From: Desulfatiglandales bacterium
GTDB taxonomy: Bacteria; Desulfobacterota; DSM-4660; Desulfatiglandales; HGW-15
Length of the DNA: 64,000 nucleotides
Reading direction: 5' to 3'
Assembly (NCBI GenBank): GCA_963667015.2
Contig: CAXXJJ010000001.1
Coordinates: 1,600,001-1,664,000, forward strand
This document shows positions 62,039-64,000 of the stretch, one piece after another. The notes under the pieces were generated by a model. That model saw nothing but the letters and a program-made list of their open reading frames with translations, was not told the DNA's origin and searched no databases. The position numbers and the translations under genes are program-made. Position 1 is the first letter of the stretch. The number at the start of each line of letters is the position of its first letter.

Positions 62039-62448
62039 TATTAGTTCGTGCAACCGACTGGTTCGGTTATATAACCGGATGTCTTGGGATCGGAAGTATC
62101 ATAGGCTATATTATTGCAGGCAGCGTTAAGACATCCGGACCGGTCAGGAGTAAGATGACCATAGCATCCATAATATTCTACACTTTCTTTATGACGCCCA
62201 TAAGTTCATAAGTTTGTAAGATTTGATTATATTTATGAAAGACTTAGATGCCGTAATAAATTATACTCTAAAAGACATAGTTATTCTTAAAAATTAGTTA
62301 AGCACCCGGTCATACCCCGGTTTGACAGCTTTCTGCTTAAAAAGTGGTTGCGATATAAAGATTTCTATACAATAAAAATCAAAAGGTATAAAATGACAAA
62401 AAAAGTAATCAGATCAGGCCATAGTATTAAATCTTAACAGAATATTTT

Positions 62449-63120
62449 TTGAGGTTTAAATTGGCTGAACATAATAACCATATTGCCATCAATGGAAATC
62501 CTGAAACAAAAAAAGAATGTTGCCTTCCGCAATTGGAAGCAGCACATTCGGATTATTCTCTTCCTAATAATTATCCTTTGCACTATGAGAAAAAAGTAGT
62601 TGCCAGAACCGGAATAGAACTGTTCATGCGCCCGGTAAAACCGGAAGACGCACCAATGTTACTGGATATGTTTAACAGTTTGTCGACAAGGACAAGATAC
62701 TTCCGATTTTTTACTCCCCTAAAGGTATTGCCTCTGGACCTTCTGAAAAAGTTTACACAAATCGATTATAACAGGGATATGGCATTAGTTGCACTGAAGA
62801 ACTCAAACCCGGACGCCATGATTCTGGCGGCTGCAAGATTTATGTCAAAATCCGGTCAGTCAGATGCCGAATTTGCCGTGGTTTGTCGTGATGTCTGGCA
62901 GGGGCGAGGGGTAGGAAGGGTGTTATTGGAGAATCTTATATTATTTGCAAAAGAGAGACGAATAGAAAGTATGTGCGGTTATGTCCTGGCTGAAAATATT
63001 CATATGCTCTCCTTAGCCCGCAGGCTCGGTTTTTGTCTTACGAAAATACCCTGTGAAGAACAGTATTTTTTAAAAATAGATTTGAAGTCGGATGTTTTAA
63101 AATTAGCTGAAGGTGAATGA
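62449..63120 (+). CDS. GNAT acetyltransferase (like the GNAT domain of acyl-CoA synthetase/Pat proteins); start uncertain
   Basis: RPVKPED, LS..TRYFRFF, IDY.R.MALVA, AEFAVV, WQGRGVG, VLAEN..ML.L. Confidence 0.85.
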   Translation: MRFKLAEHNNHIAINGNPETKKECCLPQLEAAHSDYSLPNNYPLHYEKKVVARTGIELFMRPVKPEDAPMLLDMFNSLSTRTRYFRFFTPLKVLPLDLLKKFTQIDYNRDMALVALKNSNPDAMILAAARFMSKSGQSDAEFAVVCRDVWQGRGVGRVLLENLILFAKERRIESMCGYVLAENIHMLSLARRLGFCLTKIPCEEQYFLKIDLKSDVLKLAEGE

Positions 63121-63222
63121 AACGTCTGACTTCGGTAGTATTTCAATTGGTAATTTTCTCCTCGTAAAGCTCCTTCCCGTTCATTAAAAGTTTAAAAAAT
63201 ATTTTAAGTGGAAAATTTTTTC

Positions 63223-63274
63223 TTGACAAAGGACTACATGTGTAAGTATGCTTACAATCGTAAGCATGATTATA
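63223..63274 (+). promoter_or_regulatory. Putative sigma70 promoter with overlapping palindromic operators
   Basis: TTGACA-18 bp-TATGCT; tgtaagtatgcttaca at 63241-63256 and atgcttac-aatc-gtaagcat at 63248-63267. Confidence 0.6.
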
Positions 63275-63451
63275 GTTGTGCGTACACAAGCAGCATATCG
63301 AGAAAGTTGATGATCTGAAAGTTGTGCATGGCGCAGAATTTCAGATTAACACACCGCCATGAGTTGATGCCTTATTATTTCCGGATTTAATAGAATCAAG
63401 TGTTGAAGTCAGTTAAGCCGCTTATTTGAATATTAAACAGGGAGGGCAGAA

Positions 63452-64000
63452 ATGATCAAATGTGTTTTACTATCCACAGCAGTATTTCTATTCATGATTT
63501 GTCCGGGTACTTCTGCTCAGGTGGATCTTGAGAAGACAGAAAACCGGATGAAGAGTGCAATTCAGATAGAAAGCCAGGCGCAGGAGAAGGTCGAAAACTG
63601 GACTGCAGGCAAAGAGGATCTTGTCTCTGATATTCGGACAATCCAGACCACAAACACGTGGCTGGAATACCAGAATCAGAAATACAGTATCTACATTAAT
63701 AAACTGAACCAGCAAATCGAGCTGTTGAATGTCAAGAAACTCGAGGCGAGAAAGGTAAGGGAAGGGCTTGAACCATACCTGGAAAAAGAGGTTCTTGTCC
63801 GTCTGGAGAACTACATAGCATCGGATCTGCCCTTCTATGAAGAGGTAAGGGCCCAGGGTATAAAAGATATCAAAAATACCTTGAACGACCCTCGCGGCAC
63901 CCTGGCCGAGAAACTGCGGCAGGTACTGAGCGTTCTGGAAATAGAGGCCAATTACGGAAAAGAGGTCGGGATTTCGAATGTTACCCTGCCTGTAGATGGA
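63452..64000 (+). CDS. 3'-partial DUF3450-family periplasmic protein (usually heads a TonB/ExbBD cluster)
   Basis: Not in the ORF track because it has no stop in the window. RBS ggaggg, signal peptide, coiled coil, DLPF...AEKLR.V...LEIE..YG. Confidence 0.75.
   Translation, partial: MIKCVLLSTAVFLFMICPGTSAQVDLEKTENRMKSAIQIESQAQEKVENWTAGKEDLVSDIRTIQTTNTWLEYQNQKYSIYINKLNQQIELLNVKKLEARKVREGLEPYLEKEVLVRLENYIASDLPFYEEVRAQGIKDIKNTLNDPRGTLAEKLRQVLSVLEIEANYGKEVGISNVTLPVDG

Overview
Chromosomal window from a probable Desulfobacterota/deltaproteobacterium (inferred from the Sec-type selD, MglA and Agl-Glt-like genes). It alternates core-like operons with heavily rearranged accessory DNA. In order: (1) the end of a surface protein, a ParB-like remnant and a RAYT (Y1 HUH) transposase bounded by perfect GGGGTCA-type inverted repeats; (2) a TRAP transporter whose dctM 3' end is duplicated 3.4 kb downstream, bracketing an insert with a truncated MTase, a second RAYT and an ankyrin gene; (3) a signalling operon (HTH-PAS, histidine kinase, REC-HDOD, REC-REC-DUF4388, FlhG/MinD, MglA, TPR-PilB/GspE); (4) selD with an in-frame UGA and SECIS-like hairpin; (5) a 16.6 kb operon encoding a compact Agl-Glt-like envelope motor plus four Mts/CglB-like Ca-binding surface proteins, behind a putative sigma54 promoter; (6) an accessory zone at about 36.7-53.7 kb with VapBC, an MqsRA-like pair, a Lit/M48-like peptidase, a very AT-rich six-gene operon (STAS-HATPase, STAS-like, HEXXH-domain::dCTP deaminase fusion, membrane protein, unknown, m4C MTase) and a ParB-MTase pseudogene carrying nested insertions; (7) Yip1, a pentapeptide-repeat gene, three tandem GC-rich secreted hydrolase paralogues, a GNAT and a partial DUF3450 gene. 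The AT-rich operon is the best candidate for an undescribed, probably anti-phage, system. No tRNA, rRNA or CRISPR array was seen. All family calls come from reading motifs by eye; no searches were run.
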